NCBI GenBank assembly: GCA_018672475.1
Contig: JABHFS010000154.1
Location: 9,640-73,639, forward strand
Reading direction: 5' to 3'
Length of the DNA stretch: 64,000 nt
Source: Gemmatimonadota bacterium
GTDB lineage: Bacteria; Latescibacterota; UBA2968; UBA8231
Shown: one piece after another, positions 47,058 to 57,633 of the stretch
How the letters are laid out: every line of letters starts with the position of its first letter
How positions within the stretch are numbered: position 1 is the first letter of the stretch
Program-made: the position numbers and the translations under genes
Notes under the pieces: model-generated
Databases searched by the model: none
What the model was told of the DNA's origin: nothing
Seen by the model: the letters and a program-made list of their open reading frames with translations, nothing else

Positions 47058-48089
47058 ATGGGAATAAGGGGTAGGTGGGTAAAGGAAGAGGGTTGGCGGT
47101 TGGTCGGGTCGCGGCTTCTCGATCGCGCCAAATTGCAGGCGCCGGGCATCATACGCGTGCCCGGGGGAGGTTTTCGTCTGTTCTATACTGCGGTCGGCCC
47201 CGCAAAGCCCTTCCCTACATGTCAGGGGTATATCCTCAGTGCTTTTTCTGAGGACGGAATTTCGTTTGAACCGGAGCCGGGTATCCGCGTAGCGCCGCAA
47301 CCGGGGCTTGCGCATATGGCGCTGCGGGTGATTGCTCCAGCAGTTACTCCGTGTGAGGGCGGTCGTTGGCGTATGTATTTTGAAGCGCGTGGGGCCGCTA
47401 CGGAACCTATGGTAATTTGTAGCGCTATCTCCGATGATATGTTGGATTGGCAGCACGAGCCGGGCATTCGGCTCCAGGGCCCGGGCAGTGTGCGGGCGCC
47501 GCGTTATTTGTCGCTGGCTGATGGCCGGGGGCGTTTGTATTGTTGTGGAATAGAATACGGAACGGGTGGTCCAGCGGGTGGTGAAGTCTTGTCCGAAGGT
47601 ATCTTGAGTGCGCATAGCGAAGATGGTTTGCATTTCGAGCTTGAGTTGGGTTATCGGTTGCAGCCGCTTGCTATCGAGTGCGAATCGGGTGGTTTTTCGG
47701 CGGCGGAAGTGGTGCCTCCGACAGGGACCGACGATGATTGGGCTATGGTCTATTCGGCTTGGCAGGATGTGTCGCCGGGTGCGGTGGTGCCGGTGCATCC
47801 GAGCCGTGACAGCGCTCTCAGCGAGGATTTCGCCGCCGCGTCTATCGCGTCGGATATGGCGGGTTTCCGCTCGCGGATCTATACGGCTTTTTCGCGCGAT
47901 GGTGCGGTGTGGGAACGAGGCAATTGCGTGGTTGAGGGCGCCGGATATGGCGAAGAGGGCGTGGATGCAGTGCATGCCGAGGATATGTCGCTGCTTGCGT
48001 TGGGTGGGGGCATGTATCGGATGTATTATGCCGCCTGCGACAAGGATGGCCACTGGGGAGTCGCCAGTGCAGTGATGGAAGCCGAGTGA
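47058..48089 (+). CDS. BNR/Asp-box repeat beta-propeller protein (predicted glycosidase/sialidase-like)
   Basis: Four spaced S-x-D-x-x-x-F/W-E repeats (SEDGISFEPEPG, SDDMLDWQHEPG, SEDGLHFELELG, SRDGAVWERG). Confidence 0.5.
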   Translation: MGIRGRWVKEEGWRLVGSRLLDRAKLQAPGIIRVPGGGFRLFYTAVGPAKPFPTCQGYILSAFSEDGISFEPEPGIRVAPQPGLAHMALRVIAPAVTPCEGGRWRMYFEARGAATEPMVICSAISDDMLDWQHEPGIRLQGPGSVRAPRYLSLADGRGRLYCCGIEYGTGGPAGGEVLSEGILSAHSEDGLHFELELGYRLQPLAIECESGGFSAAEVVPPTGTDDDWAMVYSAWQDVSPGAVVPVHPSRDSALSEDFAAASIASDMAGFRSRIYTAFSRDGAVWERGNCVVEGAGYGEEGVDAVHAEDMSLLALGGGMYRMYYAACDKDGHWGVASAVMEAE

Positions 48090-48137
48090 ACCGGTTAGCT
48101 ATTTTTTGGCTAGGTGATAACGATAGGGGAAATACTC

Positions 48138-49715
48138 ATGGCAAAACTTGACGAGGTCAATGACCGGGATATCGCTGCGGCGATTCGGTTGGGCTGTCGG
48201 ACGATGCAGAATGTGTTTAACGCCGATGACGACGGAGTGCCTTTTTTCCGCTCACTTATCGAGCCTGAGACGCTGTTGGCGCACAGCGAGTACCACAGCG
48301 AGTCACACGTGCCCGGGCGGCATCTGAATGCGTTATTGAACGCCGAGGATGTGTTAGGCATTTCGCTAGACGAACAGGCGGTAGATAACCATCGCCGTGC
48401 GACCTTGTTATCCTATAGCGGGCCAGTTGCGTTGCCGATGAATCGCCACGAAGTCGGTGGTCCGCTGGTTAATTTTTGCCCGCACAATTTGCGCGAAGGT
48501 TTCCACGCGCTCTATGCGCTGGCAAAATACCGCGACGACGCCGAGGCGCGCGAACTGGCCGAGCGCAGCATCGCGGATATCGGCAAGTTGTGGAGCCCAG
48601 ACGGCGGTTGGGATTTGCCAGCGATAAAAGATCTCGGGATCGATTATATGGACTCCAGGGGTTTTATACAGAGCGAGGGGCGAATGCTCGGTCCGTTGGT
48701 CAAGTACTACCGCGCCACTGGCTACGCACCGGCGCTCGAATTGGCGTTGGCGTTGAAGGAGAAGGCCGTAGATGAGTTCTATCTCGCCGATGGCAGTTTC
48801 GACCAGCAGCGTTTCGATACTTCGCATAGCCATTCGATCACCTGCGTGCTGTCATCGCTGGCGCAATTGGCCGATTTGCTCGGCGACGGCGCGCTGATGC
48901 TGCAGGTCATGGCCTTTTGTGAAGATGGCCTGTGGGCGATACGCGACGAACTGGGTTGGTCGTGTGAATCGACAGTGCAGGAGGACAGCGACCACGGCGA
49001 GGCCAATAATTCCGGCGATATACTAGAGACGGCGCTGATTTTAGGGCGCTGGGGTTTTACCGAGTACTATCACGATGCCGAGCGCATATTGCGCGGCCAT
49101 CTGCTGCCGTCGCAAGTGCGCGATACCTCGTTTATCATCGATCCGCCGAACCCCGACGGCGTCGATGGGTTGCGCGATGTGGCCGACCGCCATCTGGGCT
49201 CGTACGGTTTCCCGGCACCCTATGGCCACAAGTCGGTCGGCAAAGGCCGGGGCAATCTCTCGTTTAATATGGATATCGTCGGCGGCACGGTAGCTTCGTT
49301 ATGCGAGGCGTATCGCGAAGTGGTGCGCCAAGAGGTGACAGGCCATTGGGTCAATATGCTTTTCGACCACGAGACGGACGCGGTGCGGGTGCGGTCGCCC
49401 TATGGAGGCGGTGGGCTGACGGTTGAAGTGCTGAAAGCCGGACCGCTCTTCGTGCGAATTCCGCCGTGGGTCGATCGGGCCAAATTAAAGGTCGAAGGTA
49501 CCGGCGGGCCGCCGAACTGGAGCGACGACTATTTGTTTATTTCGCAACCTACGGTAAGGCAGCCGATTCGTATAAACTTCCCGCTGGAAGATCAAGACCT
49601 GGTGCTCTCAGAGCGTCTTCATATCCGGCCTATCCGCGTGCGGATGCGTGGCGACGTGGTGGTCGCTATGGATGACTTTGCGGCGGCGCTGACGTTTTTT
49701 GACGCTTATGAGTAG
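48138..49715 (+). CDS. hypothetical protein (possibly an (alpha/alpha)6-barrel glycosidase-like fold)
   Basis: 526-aa ORF with an agggga RBS. No confident family assignment. Confidence 0.45.
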   Translation: MAKLDEVNDRDIAAAIRLGCRTMQNVFNADDDGVPFFRSLIEPETLLAHSEYHSESHVPGRHLNALLNAEDVLGISLDEQAVDNHRRATLLSYSGPVALPMNRHEVGGPLVNFCPHNLREGFHALYALAKYRDDAEARELAERSIADIGKLWSPDGGWDLPAIKDLGIDYMDSRGFIQSEGRMLGPLVKYYRATGYAPALELALALKEKAVDEFYLADGSFDQQRFDTSHSHSITCVLSSLAQLADLLGDGALMLQVMAFCEDGLWAIRDELGWSCESTVQEDSDHGEANNSGDILETALILGRWGFTEYYHDAERILRGHLLPSQVRDTSFIIDPPNPDGVDGLRDVADRHLGSYGFPAPYGHKSVGKGRGNLSFNMDIVGGTVASLCEAYREVVRQEVTGHWVNMLFDHETDAVRVRSPYGGGGLTVEVLKAGPLFVRIPPWVDRAKLKVEGTGGPPNWSDDYLFISQPTVRQPIRINFPLEDQDLVLSERLHIRPIRVRMRGDVVVAMDDFAAALTFFDAYE

Positions 49716-49935
49716 GCGCTATATGTGCGAACCCCCGCGTATCTTACCCGCCGTCGCAGGCGACTAGGATCTGTTGCAACTCCAACGGATAGTGCGACCG
49801 AGTTAAGCCCGCGCCGAATTCGTCAGGTGCGACCAGCAGTGTGGTACGCCGGATACGAGGGCGTTGTAAAACCCCATCAGCGATGGGTCAAAAGAAGGCT
49901 CATGTGCGACTAGGTCTATTGCGTTTGCTCCGGGT

Positions 49936-51186
49936 TTAGTTCGCTGTTTCAGGTGCGACGGTATAGCGCATGTCGTGAAAACGTCCGGCGAGGGATTTGA
50001 CACGCATTGCGACTTGGCGGGGTTCCTCGCCTTGCAACGCGGCGGCTATACAGTCGGCGATGTCGCCCGCGTCTTCCGGGTCCATACCCGTGCGGGTGAG
50101 TTCCTGTACGCCCATACGCAGCCCGTGACTGCCCATTTCGTCGGGCACATCGGCGCCACCGGCGATAATACCGCAGGACTCTAGGCGGTCGGCTACGGCT
50201 TTGCTTTCACCAAATTCGCCAATGGCCAGAATCAGCGTGTGTGATTCGCTGAAGCCCAAATCGGCACCGAGCAGGCGGATGCCCCGGTCGTCCAACGCTT
50301 GGCCCAGGGCTTTGGCGTTGGTGATAATGGCTGCGGCGTGTTCGCTGCCGTAGGTGCGCCATTCCCAAAAGGTCGCTGCCAGCGCCGGCAGGCGGCCGAG
50401 GTGGTGGTTGCTGGCGATCAAGGGGGCGAGGGCCGGGCCGATCAGGGCGGCGCGCTCGCGTTTGTTCGTTAGGATCAGGCCGCCTTGCGGCCCCGCAAAT
50501 GTTTTATGGGTGCTCGAGACGATGACGTCGGCGCCTTCGGCGAGCGGATTCTGGAAGCGGCCACCGGCGATAAGGCCGAGCACGTGGGCGGCGTCGTAGA
50601 TAAGATGGGCGCCGGGGCTATGGCGGTCTAACGCTTGGCGTAGCGCCTCTACGGGCTGCGGGAAGAGGAAGATACCCGAGCCGATAATGAGCATTTGCGG
50701 TTTGTGTTCGGCGATGAGGTCCACCGTCGCTTCGAGATCGATATTGGAGCGCATAGCGTCCCAGGGGATCGATAGGGAATTTAGATCGATCCGTAGATTC
50801 GATTGCGCGAGTTTGTGGGCGTAACGATGGCCATTGTCGACTTCGAGGACCGTGTTGCCCGGTTGGCCCAAGCCGAAGGTGGCGGCTAGCCCGGCGACGT
50901 TGCCCGAGAGCGGACGCAAGTCGATGTGGGCGGCGCCGAAGAGTTCGCGCCCGAGTCGGTGCGCGTATTCTTCGATTTCCGCGATATAGCGATTGCCCTG
51001 GTAGTGGCGGTCCTGCAGGTCGATGCCGATATAGTTGCCGTAGCGCCGCTGTAGGTCTTCACTGATCAGGCCTTCGACTAGCGGGCTCGGGATATTCTCC
51101 GAGGCGATGAGGTTGAGGCTGTCGGCGCGGTAGATGCAGTGTTGCGCGAGTAGAGATTTGAGCGGCTGTAGCTCGTCGGGTAGCAT
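49936..51186 (-). CDS. serine hydroxymethyltransferase-family PLP enzyme (divergent SHMT/aldolase paralog)
   Basis: LIASENIPSPLV (GlyA LIASENYTSP) and the PLP-lysine block VIVSSTHKTFAGPQGGLIL (GlyA TTTTHKTLAGPRGGLIL). The GYPGKRYYGG region is not conserved, so it is probably not the housekeeping glyA. Confidence 0.75.
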   Translation of the reverse strand: MLPDELQPLKSLLAQHCIYRADSLNLIASENIPSPLVEGLISEDLQRRYGNYIGIDLQDRHYQGNRYIAEIEEYAHRLGRELFGAAHIDLRPLSGNVAGLAATFGLGQPGNTVLEVDNGHRYAHKLAQSNLRIDLNSLSIPWDAMRSNIDLEATVDLIAEHKPQMLIIGSGIFLFPQPVEALRQALDRHSPGAHLIYDAAHVLGLIAGGRFQNPLAEGADVIVSSTHKTFAGPQGGLILTNKRERAALIGPALAPLIASNHHLGRLPALAATFWEWRTYGSEHAAAIITNAKALGQALDDRGIRLLGADLGFSESHTLILAIGEFGESKAVADRLESCGIIAGGADVPDEMGSHGLRMGVQELTRTGMDPEDAGDIADCIAAALQGEEPRQVAMRVKSLAGRFHDMRYTVAPETAN

Positions 51187-51376
51187 GTGTTTTACTTTAT
51201 GGTAAGGGCCGTATGGTGAAAATACTTAATCTCGGCTCGTTCGAGTGTGCTAGGTTTTACTTAATTGCCAACGGCAGCGGTCGTAATAATTGTGGTCGCC
51301 TAGTCGACCGCGCGGACCTGGCGGTTGATCAAGTCGGCGAAGCAATGTATATCGCGGTTGGCATCTATGATGCCTC

Positions 51377-52258
51377 TTAGCCGGGGGTGTGCTGGCCGAT
51401 CCCCAGGCGTTCGCAGACCTGATCGAATTCGCGCTGGGTGGTTTCGTCGAGTGGCAAGGCCGGTGTGGGTTCGCGGAAGCGCGGCGTAGCGATAATGCCC
51501 TGGCGGTAGAGGATCTCCTTGTGTACCAGGCCGCCGATGCGGATTACCGGCATGATTTCTTGCAGCCAGGTTTGTTGCGCCGACTCTTCGTCGCCGGCTT
51601 GCCATTGATCCCAGGTTTTCACGAAGGCATGCGGCAGGCTCGGCCAGGGCATGGTGCCTTGTGAGCCACGGCGAAGTTCTTCGATAAGGTGGGTGCCGCT
51701 GGCCCCACCCATTACGGTGAATAACCCGGCGCTGTATTCGACGGCTTCGCCGACCTTGTGCGGCGCCGGTGCGCTTTCGACTTTGGCGTAGCGCAGATTT
51801 TCGCTTTCTTCGGCGATCTGGCGCATTAGCGGGCCGCCTAGAGCATCCCCGGCTTCTAAGAAAAAGATGGGGATATCGACGGCGTCGGAAATGGCTTTAA
51901 AATAAGCACGATGCTGCTTAGCGGTGGCCCCCGTCGGTGGTAGGCTCATTATGGCGTCGACGCCGAGGTCGGCGGCTTGTCGGCTATATTGCACCGCGAC
52001 CGCTGTTGCGGGAGAGCCTGTAGTTACCACGATCGGCACTCGCTTCGCAGTCCGGTCGATAATTATTTTGCACACTTGTAGGCGCTCGGCCTCGGTCAGC
52101 TTGGGAATTTCACTGGCGTAGGCAATGCCGAAACCGTGCACGCCTGCGTCGATGCAATAGTCGACGAGGTTTTCCAGGCTATCCTCGTCGATGCGGTCCC
52201 GCTCGTCGAAGGGGGTGACCAAGATGGGAAATACGCCGCGCATGGGTTCTGCAGTCAT
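51377..52258 (-). CDS. dihydrodipicolinate synthase / N-acetylneuraminate lyase family class I aldolase
   Basis: GVFPILVTPFDE..., GVHGFGIAYASEI and the VTTG...Y...SLPP pattern with a Schiff-base Lys context. Confidence 0.8.
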   Translation of the reverse strand: MTAEPMRGVFPILVTPFDERDRIDEDSLENLVDYCIDAGVHGFGIAYASEIPKLTEAERLQVCKIIIDRTAKRVPIVVTTGSPATAVAVQYSRQAADLGVDAIMSLPPTGATAKQHRAYFKAISDAVDIPIFFLEAGDALGGPLMRQIAEESENLRYAKVESAPAPHKVGEAVEYSAGLFTVMGGASGTHLIEELRRGSQGTMPWPSLPHAFVKTWDQWQAGDEESAQQTWLQEIMPVIRIGGLVHKEILYRQGIIATPRFREPTPALPLDETTQREFDQVCERLGIGQHTPG

Positions 52259-52478
52259 GGGCTTCTCTCTGGTATAGTAGACATAAGATGGCTACTTAGG
52301 CGTGCTGGATCAAGGTGATGCAATATCGAATATCGGCGGTGGGTAGAGTGGGGCATGGGGGTGGAGCTGAAAAAATATACTGGCGATCGGGAGAGTTGAA
52401 ACGGGTGTTGGTAGGGATTGGGGATTAATTTAAAAGAAGCCCCAGAAGCTTGAAATCGCTTCCAGGGCCTTCTTTTAA

Positions 52479-52555
52479 TGGTGGGCAATCGCAGACTTGA
52501 ACTGCGGACCTCCGGTATGTGAAACCGGCGCTCTAGCCAGCTGAGCTAATCGCCC
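52479..52555 (-). tRNA. tRNA-Val (anticodon CAC)
   Basis: 77-nt cloverleaf on the reverse strand: GGGCGAT acceptor stem, anticodon loop TTCACAT, T-loop TTCAAGT, CCA end encoded. Confidence 0.85.
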
Positions 52556-52669
52556 GAATTACGTAGGGGCAAAATATAGTACTTGCTGCGAATTAAATCA
52601 AGGGAGCTGCTAGGTATGCTGTTTGCATGTCGGCAAGACCAAGCGCCATGTCGAAATGGCATAGAAACA

Positions 52670-52697
52670 GGGCGGTGTATACCTGATTACACCGCCC
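52670..52697 (-). terminator. candidate intrinsic terminator downstream of cspA
   Basis: 10-bp GC-rich inverted repeat (gggcggtgta..tacaccgccc) followed on the minus strand by TGTTTCTAT. Confidence 0.45.
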
Positions 52698-52725
52698 TAT
52701 TTCTAATGCTAATGTCGCTAGTATA

Positions 52726-52935
52726 CTAAAGAGCGACTACGCCCTCAGCTGCGGGACCCTTCTGGCCCTGAACAACTTCAAATTCGACCTTCTGGCCGTC
52801 GGTGAGCGAGCGAAAACCCTCGCCGCGAATGGCGCTATGGTGGACGAAGACGTCGTCGCCGCTTTCGCGCTCGATAAAACCGAAGCCCTTGGCGTCGTTA
52901 AACCACTTGACGGTTCCAGTCTCGCGATCTGCCAT
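52726..52935 (-). CDS. cspA: cold-shock protein (CspA family)
   Basis: 69 aa: [15 protein letters not shown]...DVFVHHSAI, the canonical CSD RNP1/RNP2 motifs. Confidence 0.9.
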   Translation of the reverse strand: MADRETGTVKWFNDAKGFGFIERESGDDVFVHHSAIRGEGFRSLTDGQKVEFEVVQGQKGPAAEGVVAL

Positions 52936-53190
52936 GATTACTATCCTTTGATGTATCGTTGGAACAGAGTGTGCCGAAAGGTTCAGGTAGGGATCGACTG
53001 ATGAAGGCTTAAAGGATAGGATCTACTTGGTAGGAAACTACTTTGGGCCTAGGTCGGAATCTACGAGCATTCGAACAACTGCCAACATGCGTAAGACGTT
53101 TCTGCAACGGTTGTAGAAACGAGATATAAACTTAATATAGATCATCTTAGAAAAAACGCAAGTCGCCAGATTATCCCGCCGACATTTACA

Positions 53191-53232
53191 TAAAAAGCGG
53201 TTGCAGGCTCCAATGCAAGAGCCTGCAACCGC
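53191..53232 (-). terminator. rho-independent terminator downstream of tRNA-Met
   Basis: Perfect 14-bp inverted repeat (gcggttgcaggctc / gagcctgcaaccgc) with an 8-nt loop, followed on the minus strand by TTTTTA. Confidence 0.7.
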
Positions 53233-53253
53233 TTGTCAGACAACGCAATGATT

Positions 53254-53330
<77 letters not shown>

Positions 53331-53368
53331 ATTTAACAAAATTAAAACTAGGGCATTTCCTAGATGGG

Positions 53369-55171
53369 TCAAGAGTTTTGTTCGGCGACAAAGGCCTGGC
53401 GTTGCCGGTTGAGCTGCACGAGTTCGGTGCTGATACGCGCGATTTCGTCCTCGTCGTTGCTGGCCGCCGCCTGCCCGAGCGCCTGGCGAGCGGCATCGAT
53501 ATGGGCTTGGTTCGACTTTTTTTGGAAATGGCGCAAATAGTCGCGCCATTGTTGTTCCGATTGTTCTTCATCAAACCCCTCGGCTTCGCATTTGGTGATC
53601 AGACGAGAGAGTGTGTCGTCGTCCAATTCATTTATCATCATGCCAACATCGATGGTTTTGTTCTCGGCATGGCGATTAAAAAGCATGCGACACAGTGCCT
53701 GGACGCGGGGGTCAGTCAGCGTTTCTATGGCGAATTCTCGAGCAGTATCCGGAATGTATTGCGGAAAATTGAGCAGTAGGCCGATGAATTCAAGTTCTAG
53801 TTTTGGAGGATCGGGAAGAGGCGCTTGTCGTGGTTCGTTTTCAATACGACGGGGCGCCCGCGGATGGCGCACCGAGGCTTTTACCTCATCGCGCAAGGCC
53901 TGTTCGTCAATGGAGAGGCGTTGTGAGACTTCGCGCAGCAACAAGTCGCGGCGAATCGCATCTTGCGGCTTGTCCAATTTAGTCAGCAATGGTTTGAATG
54001 TTTCAACGGCACGACTCTTGCCCTCGACGCTGGAAAGGTCGTGGTGCAGGGCGAGTTGTTGGAGGTAGAAGTCTAGGACGGACTGCGCGTTTTCAGCTCG
54101 CGCCAAAAGCGTGTCGGGACCGTGCTCTTGTACGAAAGTATCGGGATCGTGCTCAGGAGGCAGCGAGACGACGCGGGCGTCGATTTTAGTGCTCAAGAGT
54201 ACTTCCAGGCCGCGCATCGCGGCGGTGGAGCCCGCGGCATCACCGTCGAAGAGCAGTACGACTTTGTGTGCATAGCGGGCCAATGTGCGACAGTGGTCTT
54301 CGGTCAGCGCTGTGCCCGAGGTGGCGGCCACATGTTCGATACCAGCCTGTACCAGGCTAATCAAATCCATGTATCCTTCCACAACTATAACGCTATCCTG
54401 GCGGCGAACGGCGTCGCGAGTATCGGAAAGACCGTAGAGTACGCGCCCTTTGTGATAGATCGGTGTTTCGGGTGAATTGAGATATTTGGGTTCCTGGTCC
54501 GGCTGTAGGGCACGGGCTCCGAAGGCAATGGTGCGGTTGGAGAGGTTGGCAATGGGGAAGGTTACCCTGTCGCGGAAGCGGTCATAATGGCCGTTGCCGC
54601 TTTGGCGTGGCAGGGCGAGCCCTGCTTGCTCCATGATTTGGGGGGGTAAATCCCGATGCCCGGCGGCTTTGAGCAGGCCGTCCCATCCCGGTGTCGCGTA
54701 GCCTATGCCGAAACGCTCTATCGTTTCAGGTTCAAGTCTGCGGGCCAGTAGATACTCTCGTGCCTCTGTACCGGCTTCATCGTTGAGCAACATATGATGA
54801 AAGTATTTCTGCGCGAGATCGTTGGCTCGGTAGAGTCGATCGGCGGAATCGGCTTCTTCACGAGATGGGCCAGAGCGCTCAGGCAGATTAATGCCGGTGC
54901 GCTCAGCGAGGAATTTGACCGCCTCCATAAAGGTGACTCGGTCGACTTCCTGAAGGAACTTGAATACATTGCCTCCAACTCCACAGCCGAAGCAATGATA
55001 GATCTGGCGGTCGGGGTTGACACTGAAAGATGGAGATTTCTCGTCATGGAAAGGGCAGAGCCCAAAAAAATTCCGGCCTTTTTTACCCAGTTGCACGTGT
55101 TCGGAGACCACGTCTACAATATCGGTGGCGTCGCGAATGCGCTCGAGAATGTCTTCGGGTATGCGTGGCAT
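53369..55171 (-). CDS. dnaG: DNA primase
   Basis: Zinc-ribbon CPFHDEKSPSFSVNPDRQIYHCFGCGVGGNVFKFL, TOPRIM region (VIVVEGYMDLISL...FDGDAAG), 600 aa. Confidence 0.9.
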   Translation of the reverse strand: MPRIPEDILERIRDATDIVDVVSEHVQLGKKGRNFFGLCPFHDEKSPSFSVNPDRQIYHCFGCGVGGNVFKFLQEVDRVTFMEAVKFLAERTGINLPERSGPSREEADSADRLYRANDLAQKYFHHMLLNDEAGTEAREYLLARRLEPETIERFGIGYATPGWDGLLKAAGHRDLPPQIMEQAGLALPRQSGNGHYDRFRDRVTFPIANLSNRTIAFGARALQPDQEPKYLNSPETPIYHKGRVLYGLSDTRDAVRRQDSVIVVEGYMDLISLVQAGIEHVAATSGTALTEDHCRTLARYAHKVVLLFDGDAAGSTAAMRGLEVLLSTKIDARVVSLPPEHDPDTFVQEHGPDTLLARAENAQSVLDFYLQQLALHHDLSSVEGKSRAVETFKPLLTKLDKPQDAIRRDLLLREVSQRLSIDEQALRDEVKASVRHPRAPRRIENEPRQAPLPDPPKLELEFIGLLLNFPQYIPDTAREFAIETLTDPRVQALCRMLFNRHAENKTIDVGMMINELDDDTLSRLITKCEAEGFDEEQSEQQWRDYLRHFQKKSNQAHIDAARQALGQAAASNDEDEIARISTELVQLNRQRQAFVAEQNS

Positions 55172-55762
55172 TGCTAGGGGTCACTCTTCTTTATATATTT
55201 GGCACTGCGTTAGTGTTTTTAAGATATTCGGGCTCGCTAGCTGGGTCAAGGAAGCAAGTAGAGCATCAAAAAAATGCAATTTTGGCGTGCTGAATCACGT
55301 CTAAGATTAGTAAATACTTTAACTTACAGTCTGATTATACTTGTCTTTCACGAGCGCTAAAGGAGCGGAATACACCGTACCTTTTTTCTAAGCCAATTCA
55401 TATACTTCTTAGCGTTATCGTGTTCTATAGCTTATTCTCTTAGATCTCCCGCAAGATAGCCTCTACTCCACAAGGGATATTAGGGGCTGTTGTTGCTCTA
55501 AGTGCAGCCTCTTTGCTTAGTCTTAGCAACTTGGCGCGGAAAGGGAGGCAGTGCAGTCCGGAAGAACAAAAGAAATTGCTTGACTCTGAGGTATAATACT
55601 ATAAGTTTACGTCAATTCTCTCCCTGATTCTTAAGCTATATTTTAGTATAAAAAAACACTTTCTATTTCAGTTGTGGCCTCTGCAGGAGGTCCAAATCAA
55701 GGGCCGACTATTTCCGCGTTTGCAGGGAATAGGATCGAGCATCGATGAGGAGGAAAACGGAC

Positions 55763-57451
55763 ATGTCGAGAGGCAAAAAAGCTTTTATTACAAGCTTAGC
55801 CCTAATGGGGTTGAGTGTTTTTCTGTGCGCGAGTCCGGTTACCGCTGCGATGACAGTAAGCTCAGCGGCTGTCGGTAGCGCGGACAATCTTGCACCAGGT
55901 CCCGTTGGTACAGTAACGGCAGCGCTTGATATAGTGACCGGGAATAGTGTAAACGTCGCTTGGACTTTGGCAGCCGATGATTTTGGTCGCCAGGCTCCGG
56001 TGGGTAGCGACTTCACGTCGGACGGCGTATTTGTTAACGTCAACGATGTGGCTGGTTACAATGTCTGGCGTCAAGTAATTGGTACTACCGACCCGGTGTT
56101 GGTTGGCAGTGCTGGTGCTGGCGCGACTTCGTTTGTCGATGATACCGTCATCACGGGCGAAACCTATACCTACTTGGTGACCGTCGCTGATGGTGCCGGT
56201 AACGAGAGCAGCGCGGTTGAGTCGGACCAAGTCAATTTGGGGCCGCCGCCGACCGCTGAGGGAGAAGCACCCGCTGGATACGAAGAGGTCAAAAGTGTCA
56301 CTTTGACTTTTGACCGAGTGTTGGATTTGGAAGATGAGGTCGCGGTTGATGACTTCAAGACTGATTTTATAGCTGAGTTGGCTGCATTGCTGGGTATTGA
56401 CCCTGCGCTCATTACCATTACTGCTATCGTAGAGGGCAGTGTCATCGTTTCGTTTGAAATTGCTGGTCCGGACGCGGCGGAGGCCGTGAACGAGCTTGAG
56501 GCTGAACTTGAGGCGGATCCGACGGTTCTTTCGTCGGGCCCAGTGCTTTCGTCTGCCTCGTTCGCTTCGGGCTCGCAGGACTTGGGAGTTGCAGATATCG
56601 ACGAGGAATTGATCGATACGTTTACCTTCCTCAATAATCCCGATGATCCCAACGCGGTATTGGTAGTTACGGCTGAGATCGCAGGCACCGGCTTCTCTGT
56701 CGATGTTGCTTCTTTGAGTCTCGCCGCAGGGGAGAGTGACGGCATCGATGTGATATTCACCGCCGGTGCTGTTGGCAATCTTAACGGCGATTATGCGGGT
56801 GAATTGGTCTTAACTACCAATGATCCCAACAACCGCACTACGGTTGTTGCTTTGACCGCCTCGATTGAAGACGGGCTCGACGTTGGTGATATCTCGATTA
56901 GTGGTGCTTTCAATTTTGCTAGCATCGCGATTGGGACGACCAAAAGCCTCGATCTCACGTTGACAAATGTTGGTGATTTATTAATCACCGGTGAAATAGC
57001 TCTCAGCGGCAACGCTGCATTTACCGCTGTTGGCAGTGATGAAGACGGAAATGTCGTATCGTTGACCCAGGTGCCTTTCACCTTGGCCGGTGGGGAAGAG
57101 ATTGATATCGGGGTCGCGTTTGCACCACTGCTGGCCGAGTCATACGCTGGCACGATAACGATCACCAGTGACGATGTAGATGAGCCGACACTGACTGTTG
57201 ATCTTTCGGGTGCGGGTTTTGACCCGGGCGAGATTTCTATCTTGGTCGACGCTGATGGCAATACGATTGTCGGCGATTTTGATGCCAGCGCCACGGTTAA
57301 CTTCGATGACTTCTTCATCTTCGCCGATAACTTTGGCCAAGCGGTTTTTACTCCGGCGACTGATTTGGATGCCAGCGGTGCAGTCAACTTCGACGATTTC
57401 TTTATCTTCGCCGATAACTTTGGCAAGACCGGGACCTACGTCGGCGGTTAG
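55763..57451 (+). CDS. secreted protein with N-terminal FN3/Ig-like domain and two C-terminal dockerin-like Ca-binding repeats
   Basis: Signal peptide (KKAFITSLALMGLSVFLCASPVTAA). The C-terminus has two copies of D-x-D-A-S-G/A-x-V-N-F-D-D-F-F-I-F-A-D-N-F-G. A GAGGAGG RBS precedes the ATG at 55763. Confidence 0.65.
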   Translation: MSRGKKAFITSLALMGLSVFLCASPVTAAMTVSSAAVGSADNLAPGPVGTVTAALDIVTGNSVNVAWTLAADDFGRQAPVGSDFTSDGVFVNVNDVAGYNVWRQVIGTTDPVLVGSAGAGATSFVDDTVITGETYTYLVTVADGAGNESSAVESDQVNLGPPPTAEGEAPAGYEEVKSVTLTFDRVLDLEDEVAVDDFKTDFIAELAALLGIDPALITITAIVEGSVIVSFEIAGPDAAEAVNELEAELEADPTVLSSGPVLSSASFASGSQDLGVADIDEELIDTFTFLNNPDDPNAVLVVTAEIAGTGFSVDVASLSLAAGESDGIDVIFTAGAVGNLNGDYAGELVLTTNDPNNRTTVVALTASIEDGLDVGDISISGAFNFASIAIGTTKSLDLTLTNVGDLLITGEIALSGNAAFTAVGSDEDGNVVSLTQVPFTLAGGEEIDIGVAFAPLLAESYAGTITITSDDVDEPTLTVDLSGAGFDPGEISILVDADGNTIVGDFDASATVNFDDFFIFADNFGQAVFTPATDLDASGAVNFDDFFIFADNFGKTGTYVGG

Positions 57452-57491
57452 TATTCAGTAAGCATAGGCTTTATGGCTTTGCTTATCTTAT

Positions 57492-57531
57492 AAAAAAAAC
57501 GCGATGCCTAATTAGGCATCGCGTTTTTTGT
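57492..57531. terminator. strong bidirectional rho-independent terminator
   Basis: AAAAAAAA-cgcgatgcctaa|ttaggcatcgcg-TTTTTT: a perfect palindromic stem flanked by an A-run and a T-run. Confidence 0.85.
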
Positions 57532-57633
57532 TCTCTAAAAACTGCTTGACCCAGGGCAAGCAAACGGCTTAGATTTAAGGCCAATATCAATTTACGTCCT
57601 GTACTCCCATCCTTTCCTTACAAGGAGGGCATT

